A stretch of 64,000 nt of DNA from Thermoplasmata archaeon (GCA_022749815.1 JAKIWV010000002.1:194478-258477), one strand, 5' to 3'. Positions 39,100 to 49,540 are shown, numbered from the stretch's first letter. Notes: generated by a model not told the origin, from the sequence alone. Made by a program: numbers and translations.

Positions 39100-39333
39100 A
39101 TGCCCGGACTCCCGAATATCCCAACGCCGTGCTGCCCGAATTGTCTGCCCGCACACCGAGGCGATTGGGAAGTTCGAACCAACCCCTACATGCTCTACGA
39201 GTCGGGCGGTCCCCCGTGTGCGTACTGCGGGATGGACGACCCCGAGTGGATCCTCACCGTCGCGTGCCCGATCAACCTCTCTGGGCCTCAGGCAGCCGAA
39301 GTTCGCCCCGGTCGGTTCGACAAACCCAACTAG
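39100..39333 (+). CDS. Small Cys-rich protein
   Basis: CCPNC...CAYCG zinc-binding-like pairs. Confidence 0.5.
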   Translation: MPGLPNIPTPCCPNCLPAHRGDWEVRTNPYMLYESGGPPCAYCGMDDPEWILTVACPINLSGPQAAEVRPGRFDKPN

Positions 39334-39484
39334 CGGCTCGTCTGGCCGCGTTTTTCATCCCGGGAGCGCCACCCTTCCCATGGCCACGCTGAACCCCTCT
39401 GAACCTGAGCTGAACGCAGCAGTGATTGCGACTTGGATGGTGCCGGCTGCCAGAGGGGCAGGGCGAATTCACGGCTCGGGAATG

Positions 39485-39504
39485 GGTGCAACGACTATTG
39501 CACC
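39485..39504 (+). repeat. Dif-like site copy 5: GGTGCAA-CGACTA-TTGCACC
   Basis: Perfect 7-bp arms; intergenic. Confidence 0.82.
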
Positions 39505-39563
39505 TCCGGACGGTGAAGCGGCACCAGCGAGACTTTTTCAATCCTCAAGTGACCAGTGGTTCC

Positions 39564-39905
39564 ATGACCGGCTACCGGGCTCCCAATGTTCCTCCGACCA
39601 AAGTCACTCCCCAGCTCGTGAGAGACGAACTACTAACGTGCTTTCAGAGCGCGAACCGGGAGTTTGCGAACCTGCTGAACCAGCCCGTCACGGACGAGCA
39701 ACTGAAGCAGCAGGTCAACCAATTCGTGCGCACCGTGTTCGATCAATGTGGCGTCAATTTCGAAGCGCCCACGAAGGAAGGGATCACTCGGGCGATGGCC
39801 GAGTGCAGGAGTAACGCCGAGAAGATGATGGGCCCGAAGGGCTCCTCGATCATTCAACACCACTACGACGAAATGATGAAGCTCGTGCGGGTCCTAACAG
39901 ACTGA
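39564..39905 (+). CDS. Helical hypothetical protein
   Basis: Protein-like composition: VRDELL.CF..A, F...GV.F..PTKE, II.HH. Confidence 0.7.
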   Translation: MTGYRAPNVPPTKVTPQLVRDELLTCFQSANREFANLLNQPVTDEQLKQQVNQFVRTVFDQCGVNFEAPTKEGITRAMAECRSNAEKMMGPKGSSIIQHHYDEMMKLVRVLTD

Positions 39906-40020
39906 CCGCGGATGCACCCTCGAGCCGCGGAGCCGGTTCCCGGCTTTTCTCCCGACGGACGCGGTCCGGTGGTAGCGCAGTCGGGGGGAGGGGATTGAGG
40001 TCTGGAATACCTCCGGACTC

Positions 40021-40611
40021 CTAGTATCGGGAAGAATCGGCGCGATGAAGTCGGACGTCGACCTCTCTCTCCACGTAATTCCACTCCTCCGTCTCTCGTA
40101 GGCGTCCCACCAGTCGCTCGAACGCCGGCGAATCGCTGGGTTTGAACTCGAACCAGGTGAGAAAATCGAACGGCTCCCCCAGGCGCCGGCTGTGATAGAG
40201 CTGCCGCGCGACTGCCGGCAGATACTCGAGGCCCGTGGCGAGGTGGTGGGACCGATCCTCGAAAATCGCTCGTCTCTCGTTCAACGGCAAGTCCCACCAG
40301 TCCGAGGACTTACGGATGGGTATGAGCGCCGCTCGGGTGCAGCCGGATCGACCGAGTGCAGGCTGAACCAATCGAAGCCGCGCTTGCTCCGTCGGAGTCG
40401 TGTAGTGCTCCTGCTCGATGATTCCTCGAAGTGCCCAAACCGACGCCACGGGCACCCTTGATTCCACCCCGGGGATCATGTCCACGGCAGACACCCTGGG
40501 CAAGGGCGCGCCTCGAATTCCAGCGATCTGTTCCACTTGCCACGGGCCGCGTTTCCCGCCCACAAAAGTGGCGCCGGCGTTTCGCGGAACTTCTCCCCCA
40601 CCCCCGCTCAT
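40021..40611 (-). CDS. Chlorite dismutase-family protein
   Basis: LIPIRKS..WW.L...ER..I...SHH, LYHSR.LGEPFDFLTWFE, LR.T.EW.YVERE. Confidence 0.85.
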   Translation of the reverse strand: MSGGGGEVPRNAGATFVGGKRGPWQVEQIAGIRGAPLPRVSAVDMIPGVESRVPVASVWALRGIIEQEHYTTPTEQARLRLVQPALGRSGCTRAALIPIRKSSDWWDLPLNERRAIFEDRSHHLATGLEYLPAVARQLYHSRRLGEPFDFLTWFEFKPSDSPAFERLVGRLRETEEWNYVEREVDVRLHRADSSRY

Positions 40612-41027
40612 GATGATACCCGGGCCGCGTTCCGGAGGTCCATTTCCCCGCGACGTACCCCGCAATCCTTCTTGATGTGGACGTCACAGCGATGGGGTCG
40701 AACCCCTGCGGACGACCGGGCCCGTAAGAGAACTCCTCCCAAGTCAAGAGTGCCACCCGCGGTGAGACGAGCCACGACGCCCTGCCCAGAGGAGAATGAC
40801 CGTTGCAATCCGAGCGCCCGATCACAAGAGATCAGGACCGGCTGGGATGAGGATCCATGCTCACCACTAGCAGTCGTTCGATCGACGTTCTCGAGGTCAC
40901 CGCCCTTCGTCGCAGGGACCTCCGCGGCCGGGCCTGTGCCAAGTCTCATTCAGGGTCGTCAAGTTCCCAGTCGGACCCGAGACCGGGTCGGCGACAGATG
41001 CCTGAGGAGCAGAGTGGCTCGTCTCCG

Positions 41028-41264
41028 CTAGCGCTTTGCCGCCGCGATGTTGTGTGTGATGTGGGCGTCTCGCTCTTTTTCGGTGAGGTCACGCATGTGA
41101 GCGGTCATCGTCACCACTCCATTCAGCTCTAGTCCAAGTCGTGTGCCTGCGAGATTGAGCCTTACACTCCGCAGCTGAAGGTCCAGCTGGGTGTGCTTGT
41201 CACTCAACGCGGCGATCAGATCTTCCACCATCCCCGATGAACTGGGTCCTCTCTTTTCCGGCAT
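41028..41264 (-). CDS. Small hypothetical protein
   Basis: ATG 41264, amphipathic beta pattern. Confidence 0.55.
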   Translation of the reverse strand: MPEKRGPSSSGMVEDLIAALSDKHTQLDLQLRSVRLNLAGTRLGLELNGVVTMTAHMRDLTEKERDAHITHNIAAAKR

Positions 41265-41538
41265 GTCCCCTCGATAGAGCCCGGAGCGGCTTCGTCCGAT
41301 ATACGATTTTGGGCGCGCCTCGACGCCGAGGGTCCTTCCGGCTCGGCGGGCGGGACGGAGACCCACCCTGCGCTCCTAAACGCTGCGTGCCCGACGGTTA
41401 ATGATTCGTCAGTCCTCGATGGCTGGCCGAGGGAAGCGAACCGACGTTCACGGGACGTGGGCCGGTTTCCCGTACCGACGAAGCGGATAAGGGCGGGCGG
41501 CTGTCTCCCCGAGGGGCGAGCCAGGGGATCGAGAACAG

Positions 41539-42096
41539 TTGATCCAGTCCTACCGAGGAGTCCGGATTCAGCGCCGCGCGCCGATTCGACTGTATCCGTT
41601 TGAACGGTTCTTCCGCGGATTCGCCACCGCCCCCCCAATCCTGGAGCTGTTCGGGAAGAACGCCGGGAAGATCCTCGGCGGGCTCAAGGTCGAGTTCTTC
41701 TCCCCGCCGTTTGGGTACATGGGGACGAGTGACATCGACGGGCATCTCATCGTGAGCAGCCATCACCTCAAAACGAGCGATCTCCGAACCCTCTACCTCG
41801 ATGTCGTCCACGAACTCTGTCACGTCAAGCAATTTCGTGCCGGACGGGCCCTCTTTGACCGGAAGAGGAAGTACGTTGACACTCCGACCGAGGTCGAGGC
41901 GTATGCCTTCACGGTAAAGGAAGGGAGGCGGATCGGGATGACGAACCCGCAGCTGTTCGAATACCTAAAGGTCGAGTGGGTCGACGCGAAGGACCTCCGT
42001 CGGTTGGGGCGGAGGCTCGGTGTGCTCGGAACGGGGCGACCCGCCCGGGGTCACCGGCGCCGGTCACCCCCGACACGAGCCCGAAGACGCCGATAA
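41539..42096 (+). CDS. HExxH zincin-like protein (start uncertain)
   Basis: VVHELCHVKQ and downstream P.EVEAY third ligand. Confidence 0.7.
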   Translation: MIQSYRGVRIQRRAPIRLYPFERFFRGFATAPPILELFGKNAGKILGGLKVEFFSPPFGYMGTSDIDGHLIVSSHHLKTSDLRTLYLDVVHELCHVKQFRAGRALFDRKRKYVDTPTEVEAYAFTVKEGRRIGMTNPQLFEYLKVEWVDAKDLRRLGRRLGVLGTGRPARGHRRRSPPTRARRRR

Positions 42097-42115
42097 GGGT
42101 CGAATGGGAGGGGTC

Positions 42116-42523
42116 ATGATTTCCGGAGCGCACGCCATCCTCTACAGCAAAGATGCCGATGCGGACAGAGAATTCTTCCGCGACGTGCTCAGGTTTCGTT
42201 CTGTCGACGCCGGCGACGGATGGCACATCTTCGCTCTCCCGCCGGCAGAGGTAGCCGTGCACCCGGCGGACAAGAATGGCCGGCACGAGCTCTTTCTGAT
42301 GTGCGATGACCTCGACGCGACCATCAAGTCACTCCGGCGGAAGAAGGTCCGGTGTTCGGCGCCCGTTGAGCGGGATTGGGGTACCCTGACCATGGTCACG
42401 CTGCCCGGCGGCGGCAAGCTCGGAGTGTATCAGCCGAAGCATCCCTTGGCCCACGGCCGAGGATTGCGATCAACGTCCTCACCCTCCCACAGACCGTTCG
42501 ATGGCAGCAACTCACCCCCCTGA
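42116..42523 (+). CDS. VOC/extradiol dioxygenase family protein
   Basis: MISGAH.I.YS.DA.ADR.FFRDVL...VDAG.GW.IF.LPP.E.AVHP. Confidence 0.88.
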   Translation: MISGAHAILYSKDADADREFFRDVLRFRSVDAGDGWHIFALPPAEVAVHPADKNGRHELFLMCDDLDATIKSLRRKKVRCSAPVERDWGTLTMVTLPGGGKLGVYQPKHPLAHGRGLRSTSSPSHRPFDGSNSPP

Positions 42524-42603
42524 ATCCAGGATCGATCCCAGGGGAAGATGCTCCTTCGCGGGCGCACCAGGGAGAAGGACCGCGAAGAGCGGGTCGAGCT
42601 CAG

Positions 42604-43584
42604 CTAGGCCCCTTTCGTGGTGGCCTGCTCAGACCCGAGTCCTGCCAGGAACGTCGCCGAGGGCACAAAGAATAGGCTTCCGGTGACCGCGCGGCTGAAG
42701 TCCAACAGGCGGTCATAGGTGCCGGGCGGGTTGCCGATGAACATGTTCTGGAGCATCTGCTCGATGGTGCGGGGCGACCGGCTGTACCCGATGAAATAGG
42801 TGCCGAACTCCCGCAGCGCCGCATTGCCAAAGGGCATGTTGTCCCGGAGAATCTTGACCTCCTTCCCATCCTCCACGATCTTGGTCAACGCATTGTGGGC
42901 GTAGGGAGGCTTGACCGAGTCGTCCAGTTCTATGTCGGTCAACTTCTTGCGGCCGACGATCCGTTCCTGCTCTTCGGTGGGAAGCGCTTCCCAGGCCTCC
43001 AAATTGTGGAGGTATTTCTGAACGATGACGTAGCTGCCTCCGGAGAACGGCGGGTCCTCGTGGTTGACGAGGACGGCCTCTCTGGCGTCCGCTCCTTTCG
43101 GGTTCTCCGTTCCGTCGACGAACCCGATGAGGTCGCGGCTGTCGAAATACCGGAATCCGTGCACCTCGTCGACGGGGGAGACCGCCGCCCCCAGGCGGGC
43201 GAGTATCCGCGTCGCCAGTTCGAAGCAAAGGTCGGGCCGGTTCGCCCGGATATGGAACAAAATATCGCCAGGCGTGGCGACGGCGTGCCGCTCGCCGGCG
43301 CGTAGTTCGCGGAACGGTCTTAGCTCGGCGGGCCGGGGCGGGCCAAAGAGCCCATCCCAGGCTTGGGACCCGAAGCCCGTCACGCAGGATAGGCTCCCAT
43401 CCAGCTCACGGAAGCCTACCGAGCGAACGAACGCGGGCAGATCCCCGCAGAGGGACCGGATAATGCCTCGACTTTCCGAGCCCGGGGTCACCGTCACCAC
43501 AAGGAAGATCGCTGCCCGGGTCAGGCCAGCCGCTACTTCTTGTGGCACCGGCCCCGATTCGTGGGAAGCGCTCGTGGGAATCAC
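42604..43584 (-). CDS. Dyp-type peroxidase
   Basis: GFVDGTENP (GxxDG), GGSY..VQKY.H, AH, ILR.NMPFG. The GTG at 43584 follows a TTTAT box. Confidence 0.92.
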   Translation of the reverse strand: MIPTSASHESGPVPQEVAAGLTRAAIFLVVTVTPGSESRGIIRSLCGDLPAFVRSVGFRELDGSLSCVTGFGSQAWDGLFGPPRPAELRPFRELRAGERHAVATPGDILFHIRANRPDLCFELATRILARLGAAVSPVDEVHGFRYFDSRDLIGFVDGTENPKGADAREAVLVNHEDPPFSGGSYVIVQKYLHNLEAWEALPTEEQERIVGRKKLTDIELDDSVKPPYAHNALTKIVEDGKEVKILRDNMPFGNAALREFGTYFIGYSRSPRTIEQMLQNMFIGNPPGTYDRLLDFSRAVTGSLFFVPSATFLAGLGSEQATTKGA

Positions 43585-43747
43585 CGATGAGGGGTGCCCT
43601 GTGGGAAGAGACTGAGGGGATAAACCTCCTCTCAACCGACCGAGTGACCTGGGAGGGTACAACGGCGGTGGCACCGGGTTCGCGCCCAGCGTTGCCCGGT
43701 CGGGATCACCGACTGTCGTTATCATGAACAGCCGTGTGGAGGGACGG

Positions 43748-44299
43748 ATGACCACAGATCGACGATTCTGCCGATTCGCCCGCTCGAAGGAAACCGACCC
43801 CTTCGGAATGCCCGAGGTTCCCGAGGACGGGCTCTGTCTGTCGGCCTTCGTGATCCTCAGCCCGGAAGACGATCCGTCATCCGTTCTCATGGGTCACATG
43901 AACCCGGCGGCACCGTGGGATCACCTTGGGGCGATGGATCCAGGGCGGGTCGAGGCTCATCGGCACGGTTGGATGCTCCCCTCCTCCCATCTGATCCTCC
44001 AGGAATCCCCTGAGGAGGCCGCTCGGCGCGTGCTCGCCGAGCAGCTCGAGCTTCCCCCCCTTCCTCTCGAGGGACCGAAAGTCGTCTCGGAAGTCGGCCC
44101 CTCTCGCCGGTATCCGACGCGCCGCGGGCACTGGGACCTGGAGTTCCTGTTCCGTGGCCGAGTCCGCGAACGGGATCTCCCTTCTCCGGAGGCTTGGACC
44201 GAGCTGCGTTTCGTGGATTTACGCACGATTCGGAAGATGGAGATCGCTCGATCCCACGACGAGGTCCTCGCTTCCGCCGGCTTTCGGTTGAACGATTGA
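43748..44299 (+). CDS. NUDIX-fold protein
   Basis: W.LP......ESPEEAARRVL.EQL (degenerate Nudix box). Confidence 0.75.
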   Translation: MTTDRRFCRFARSKETDPFGMPEVPEDGLCLSAFVILSPEDDPSSVLMGHMNPAAPWDHLGAMDPGRVEAHRHGWMLPSSHLILQESPEEAARRVLAEQLELPPLPLEGPKVVSEVGPSRRYPTRRGHWDLEFLFRGRVRERDLPSPEAWTELRFVDLRTIRKMEIARSHDEVLASAGFRLND

Positions 44300-44506
44300 G
44301 ACCCCACGTGGGGCAGCTCCGTAAGGACCAACTAGGGCGCCGGAGACGGTCGTTGCCTTCAGGCCCGCCGGGATTCCAGGTGGCCGCGCGGCGGGCTGTT
44401 CGGGTTAGAAATCGATTCCATTGAGAGGGTCGTACGCTGGAATCGCCGCCTTGGAGGGAGGGTCTTTCCCCCCACTCGAAGTAGTTCCGATTGGGCCGCG
44501 CTGATT

Positions 44507-45559
44507 CTACTCGACGAAGGAGCGTCGGACTGGCCTTCTCGGGACGCGGGGGGCTAGAGAGGACAGAGCCACGCGGAGAAAGAGGCGGGACTCCAGCGCT
44601 TTACTGATATTCTGATCGCGGATATTCTCCGTCATTCGGGCGATCTCGGAACTGATCGCCTCGGTGAGGGCTGCGGGAGCTTGGGTCTCGTTGAGAAGGG
44701 ACCGACCTTTCGAGATCTGGTAGTTCATTCGCGGGACAAGAAGCCCCCACAGGAGTCCGTTGGCCCGTTTCAATCGTCGCTCGATCTGTCCGGCCTCGCC
44801 CCTGCGCGGGATACGGATCGCCTCGGCCACTGGCCGCAATACGCCGGGCGCGACGCCGCCCATCTCCCGGAGCGCCCGGATCATCTGACCCGCTTCGGTG
44901 AACTGGGTCTTGATCCGGCTCCAGCTCGCCTCGATCGACTCTACGGTCCGCTGGGCGTTCTGTCGTTGTTCCTCGGCTCGAGCGAGTTCGCCTCCGCTCA
45001 GCGCCTTTCGGTAGGCGGCCAGGTCAGCGTCCAGGGCTTGGGTCCGCACCCGCCGTGCGATCGCGTCGCGACGGTCGCACAGCGTGCGATACCGGTCGAC
45101 CAGTCCGTCGAGGACCGACCGGACCAGGGAGTGGCGAAGCCGAGAGAGTTGGACCGGATCTCCGTCCGAGCGGGCCTGCCGCATGGCTCCCATTAGACGC
45201 GACAGGTCCAGTCCAAGGGCGCGTCCTATGCGAAGGGCCTCCTCCCAAGGACCGGGCAGATCCTCAACCCGACCGCCGGTTTCGGGATGCAGTTCCTCCC
45301 CACCCGGTACGGATGGTTCCTCAAGGGTCCGGTCGTCCACTGCAGGCGCCGGGGATTCGAGCAGTAAGGGCGGTGACGGCCCGGGGTGGACCGGTGGTCT
45401 GGCCCCGGTGAGTTCTTCGAGAGCGTGAGTGAACTTGGCTTCCTCCGCCGGATCAGCAATGTCGCGGACTGGCTCGAACATCTCACTCGGCAGACCGCAC
45501 GCGGCGCAACCGGTCTGACCTGGCGGACCCACTGCCCCACAGACTGGACACTCGACCAT
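44507..45559 (-). CDS. Hypothetical protein: N-terminal zinc ribbon plus helical/coiled-coil body
   Basis: MVECPVCG.......CAACG. Confidence 0.65.
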   Translation of the reverse strand: MVECPVCGAVGPPGQTGCAACGLPSEMFEPVRDIADPAEEAKFTHALEELTGARPPVHPGPSPPLLLESPAPAVDDRTLEEPSVPGGEELHPETGGRVEDLPGPWEEALRIGRALGLDLSRLMGAMRQARSDGDPVQLSRLRHSLVRSVLDGLVDRYRTLCDRRDAIARRVRTQALDADLAAYRKALSGGELARAEEQRQNAQRTVESIEASWSRIKTQFTEAGQMIRALREMGGVAPGVLRPVAEAIRIPRRGEAGQIERRLKRANGLLWGLLVPRMNYQISKGRSLLNETQAPAALTEAISSEIARMTENIRDQNISKALESRLFLRVALSSLAPRVPRRPVRRSFVE

Positions 45560-45884
45560 GCTGCCTCCTCGAGGCCTCCCCCGGCATGCGGCGACCGAGC
45601 CCGCGGTCGCGCGAACGGCCGTGAGGGGGCTTTGTTCGAGGAACGAACCGAACCGAACAGATATACGTCGGAAGACGTAAGAACTTCTCGGTGCCGGCGC
45701 CGAGTCGGGGCGCTTTCCCGTGGGCTCCAAAAGCGGGCTCAGTTGCTCGATGGCCGTGCAGGGAGCAACCTGCGTCGCACGATCGGGACGGGGTCCGTTG
45801 CGTACGCGTGAACGGGAAATTCTCAGCGATCCCCTATCATTCTGCGAACGATACCGATTCATACAACCGCGTTTCTGCAGCGGC

Positions 45885-46400
45885 GTGTCTCTCACGGATA
45901 TCGCTACGTGGGTGAGCATTGCGGCGTCCTCAGCGCTCGTGGTATCGGTAATTCTCTTAGCATACAATGTGAGAGCGAGCAGGCTGGACGCGAGGAGGAA
46001 CTTGGCCTTCTCGATGATGGAGCAACTGACCTCGGCCGACTTTGCCGGGCGTCGATGGAAGATGCACCATTCTGTCGAAACTGCTTCTGCTTCCGGTTGG
46101 AGGGGGTTCGACGACAGCCTCGAGGATTTCGAGAGCAGATCCTTTGCCTACCAGTACGAGTTGATCGGCCAGATGGTGTTGTCCGGAACGCTGGACTACC
46201 GGCTGGTCAGGGACTTTGTTCGGTTCACTGTTGTCTCAGACTGGAATGCGTTCGAACCCTTGGACGCTCACCTGACGGAGCGGTTCCCTGGACGCCCCAG
46301 CCCTTGGGCTCGCTTTCGGCAGTTGGCCCAGCGGATTACCACCGAATTGAAGGGCCCCGAACTTCTTAGACGAGCTCCTTCGCAGTCTGACGAGAAATAG
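45885..46400 (+). CDS. Single-TM protein (DUF4760-like)
   Basis: N-terminal TM and YE.IG.MV..G.LD...W..F..LA pattern. Confidence 0.6.
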   Translation: MSLTDIATWVSIAASSALVVSVILLAYNVRASRLDARRNLAFSMMEQLTSADFAGRRWKMHHSVETASASGWRGFDDSLEDFESRSFAYQYELIGQMVLSGTLDYRLVRDFVRFTVVSDWNAFEPLDAHLTERFPGRPSPWARFRQLAQRITTELKGPELLRRAPSQSDEK

Positions 46401-46749
46401 CGCCGGTCCCTACGCGAGGGCGTCACTTCCTAGGCGGCATAGGCACCGGCGAGCAGCCCAGGTGCCAACGGGTGGGGTTTGCAAAGCCCCCCTCGCATTG
46501 CAACCTGCCGTAGGTTCCAGAGATTCATTGTGCCTTGCACGGATCGCGAGGTGCGACGCCTCCGAAACGTAACGACGGCCCCCCAATCAAAGGGGCGCCC
46601 TCTCAACGCGGAGGACTTCCATCCGCCAGGCCCTTGTGGGCCTAACCCCCCCTCGGGCGAATCTTCGGCCGTGCCCAACTGGCCCCAAGTTCGGGCCCGC
46701 CCACGGATCCATCAATCGTCTGCGCCAGTCGGCCCCAAGCGGGCGGGAC

Positions 46750-47301
46750 CTATGTTCCGCCGTACAGAGTCGCTCCACAGTTCTGGCAGATTCGGGCATC
46801 CCCGGAGTTCCGAGCATCACATTTCGGACAGTACCGTACGATCATCGAGCCGGCACTCCGGGGGAGTAAGGCTTCGGAATGGGGGGTGGTCTGTGAAACC
46901 ACGGGGGTGGTAGGCTGAGAATACAGTCCCTCCGGAGTCTTGGGAGGAAGGGGAGACTGCGCGAAGACGATACCGATCACACCCGCGATGATTGCGAGGA
47001 CGAACCCGACGACGAATCCCCCTCCAAGCCAGAGGGAGAACGCGCCAAGAATAACGATCAGTGCTGACAAGGAGCCTCGCCGCAGGGAATCGTCAGAAAG
47101 CAGGTAGAATAGGAGGACAAAACCGAGCAGAATCGCCAGCCCGATATCGACGACACCGAGGAAGACGACCGGGCCCGAAACCTGTAGAGGGGTTGGGAAA
47201 GACGCCACCGCGGCAAGGTATACGATTCCGTTGATCAGGATGAGCAGGACCGCAGGTATGCCGAGTAGGATTACCTCGATCCTGGCCTCCCCATCGTACA
47301 T
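46750..47301 (-). CDS. Membrane protein with C-terminal zinc ribbon
   Basis: Four TMs, GGFVVG..L.IIAG, YCPKC...N...A.ICQNCG. Confidence 0.75.
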   Translation of the reverse strand: MYDGEARIEVILLGIPAVLLILINGIVYLAAVASFPTPLQVSGPVVFLGVVDIGLAILLGFVLLFYLLSDDSLRRGSLSALIVILGAFSLWLGGGFVVGFVLAIIAGVIGIVFAQSPLPPKTPEGLYSQPTTPVVSQTTPHSEALLPRSAGSMIVRYCPKCDARNSGDARICQNCGATLYGGT

Positions 47302-47613
47302 TGGCTCGCTCTCATCTCACCAGATATCCAACCTATAAACTGAGGGTGAGCGCGCCGGCAGGATGCTTGCGGGCTCAACGTGGCTTCGATCCCCCCATCC
47401 ACACGTCGGAGCCGCGCCTGCCCGAGCCGATCTCTCCCAATCGGGAGGACTAGGCGCGGCCGCCTAAGCCGCCCGCCTGAAACCGAACTTCGCGGAAGTG
47501 TCACCTCCGTTGTCTGTTTTAAGAACGGTGAATTGTGGACACCTGAATTCCTCTTCCCAACCCATTTACGCCCCTTCTTTCTGAGCGACACGGGCCTCCG
47601 CCGCGGTGAACAA

Positions 47614-48201
47614 TTGAAGAATTCTCAGGTGGGCAGACTACGTCGTTGTCCGTGGGCGGGGGGTGATCCACTGCTCCGTGAATACCATGACGAGGAGTGG
47701 GGCATCCCCGTTCGCGACAGCCGCACACTTTGGGAGAAGTTGATGCTCGACGGTTTCCAGGCTGGTTTGTCGTGGTCGATCATCTTGCGCAAGCGCGATG
47801 CATTTCGCAGAGCCTTCAAACAGTTCGACCCGGAAGTGGTCGCGCGATTTCGAGAACGGGATATCACCCGTCTGCTGGCTGACCCCGGTATCGTTCGGTC
47901 GCGGGTCAAGATCGAGGCGACCATCGCGGGCGCACGCGCCTATCTCACGATGCAAGCCTCGGGCACTGATTTCTCGACGTACGCATGGAGAGCCGTGGGC
48001 GGGACCTCAATCCAAAATTCAGGTCCCGTCCCAGCTAAGACTCCCCTCTCGGAGGAGATTTCAAAGAGTCTCAAAGAGCGTGGATTCAAATTCGTGGGTC
48101 CGACCATCGTCTACGCGTGGATGCAGGCATCCGGCCTCGTGAATGATCACTCGGCGGATTGCTTTCGACGCATCCCGATTTCCAGAATGGGGCGACTCTG
48201 A
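47614..48201 (+). CDS. tag: DNA-3-methyladenine glycosylase I
   Basis: RCPW, YHDEEWG.P, FQAGLSW, GFKFVGPTIVYAWMQA.G.VNDH...C. Confidence 0.95.
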   Translation: MKNSQVGRLRRCPWAGGDPLLREYHDEEWGIPVRDSRTLWEKLMLDGFQAGLSWSIILRKRDAFRRAFKQFDPEVVARFRERDITRLLADPGIVRSRVKIEATIAGARAYLTMQASGTDFSTYAWRAVGGTSIQNSGPVPAKTPLSEEISKSLKERGFKFVGPTIVYAWMQASGLVNDHSADCFRRIPISRMGRL

Positions 48202-48321
48202 GGCGGTCTTCTACCGCGTGCCCGGATGGCGGCAGGGGCCTCCCCCAGACCAAACCGACCTCCACTGGTTGAGGGCAGTGCGCACGGTGGCGGGCCTCGG
48301 CGTCCTTCGGGAAAGACTGGA

Positions 48322-48341
48322 GGCGTAACCCCCGTTGCACC
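48322..48341 (+). repeat. Dif-like site copy 6: GGCGTAA-CCCCCG-TTGCACC
   Basis: Near-consensus; lies between convergent gene ends. Confidence 0.65.
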
Positions 48342-48429
48342 TTTCGAGGAACGCGCCGCTTTCGATGGGCGACGAAAGTAGCGCTGCCACTGCCGCGGAG
48401 GGCTCCGAACGTTGGGGGTGGCGGGCGGA

Positions 48430-48645
48430 TTATCGTGCACCTCCTTCGCCGACGTCGGGGTAGGTTACACGGTCGAGTTGGCGGCGAAGTCGTGACTGTT
48501 CATCTTGGACGAAGGTCCAGATGTCCTCCAGATCGACTTCCACGTAATCGTGAACGAGCCCACCTTTGCGCGTGTGAGGGTCATTTCCTGGAATTTCGCC
48601 GAGTCCGGACCCAGGCCAGTATTCCGATAGAACGGCCGGACGCAC
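48430..48645 (-). pseudogene. Remnant of HepT/DUF86 (HEPN) toxin gene
   Basis: C-terminal LVHDY.EVD.E.IW..V..L...L motif with a degraded N-terminus and no RN upstream of the His. Confidence 0.5.
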
Positions 48646-48664
48646 GGTTGCGCGAGACGCGTTT

Positions 48665-49540
48665 ATGGCCTACGGAAGGTACCCGACCGACGTGAAGGCA
48701 GCGGCCCCGGCCTGGTCGGATTTCAGTTACGTCGTCTCCAGTCGATATCGGGAGCAAGTGTTCGCCGCGCTGGGCGCCCGACCGAAACTTCCTAGGGAAC
48801 TTGCTGAGACAACGCGCCTGCGCCTCGGCCACGTAAGTCGTGCGCTGAGGGAGCTCTCCGACAGACGCCTGGTCGCGTGCCTCACCCCAGAACTTCGCGC
48901 CAGGGGACGATTGTACGGCTTGACGCCCCAGGGCGCCGCGGTGCTGAATCAACTCGTCCGACCGGTCGGCGGGGCGATCGTCGCCTCGACCGAGGACATC
49001 GCCCCGCGCTTTGTCCCGAAGATTCGGGCGTCCACGGTCCTAAGAATGATTCAGTACCTTCGGCAAACTCGGGGCTCAGCCCCTGTCGCTCAAACGATGA
49101 AGGAATGGGGGGTGGATGTAGACGAACTCGCCGAAGATTCCTGGCTCCCCGTCGAGACATGCGCGCGACTTCTCGAGCTGATTGAGCGCAATTTCGGCGA
49201 CGGGAGCTACGGCTTCGTTCGCGAGGCATTCCGAGAGGCGGTGGTCACATTCCCAACAGTACGGGAGCAATTGTCGAAAGCCCTCCCACTCGCCGCGCTC
49301 TCGCGACATGCTCCAACGGTCTACGCGCAGGAATGGAACTACGGACGCCTTGAGGTTGCGGTGACCAGACGGCGGGCGGTTCTCCGGCACTACGATTGGA
49401 CGCCTACACCGGCGATGTGTGCCTTGTTCCATGGCGTCTACGAGGGTATCCTTCAGGCTCGAGGAGTCAAGGGACGAGTAGTGAAAAGTCGCTGCATCCG
49501 GGTGGGCGATCCCTACTGCGAATACGTGGTCGAATGGTAG
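48665..49540 (+). CDS. wHTH regulator fused to a V4R/H-NOX-like ligand-binding domain
   Basis: SS.YR..V..L...PK.P.ELA......HVSRAL.EL...LV.C HTH, and C-terminal C....G...G.L......C...GDP.CEY.V.W. Confidence 0.8.
   Translation: MAYGRYPTDVKAAAPAWSDFSYVVSSRYREQVFAALGARPKLPRELAETTRLRLGHVSRALRELSDRRLVACLTPELRARGRLYGLTPQGAAVLNQLVRPVGGAIVASTEDIAPRFVPKIRASTVLRMIQYLRQTRGSAPVAQTMKEWGVDVDELAEDSWLPVETCARLLELIERNFGDGSYGFVREAFREAVVTFPTVREQLSKALPLAALSRHAPTVYAQEWNYGRLEVAVTRRRAVLRHYDWTPTPAMCALFHGVYEGILQARGVKGRVVKSRCIRVGDPYCEYVVEW

Noticed and set aside
46479-46506. TTGCAAAGCCCCCCTCGCATTGCAACC as another dif-like site
   Set aside because: No left arm at the 6-bp spacing, so it was not counted.
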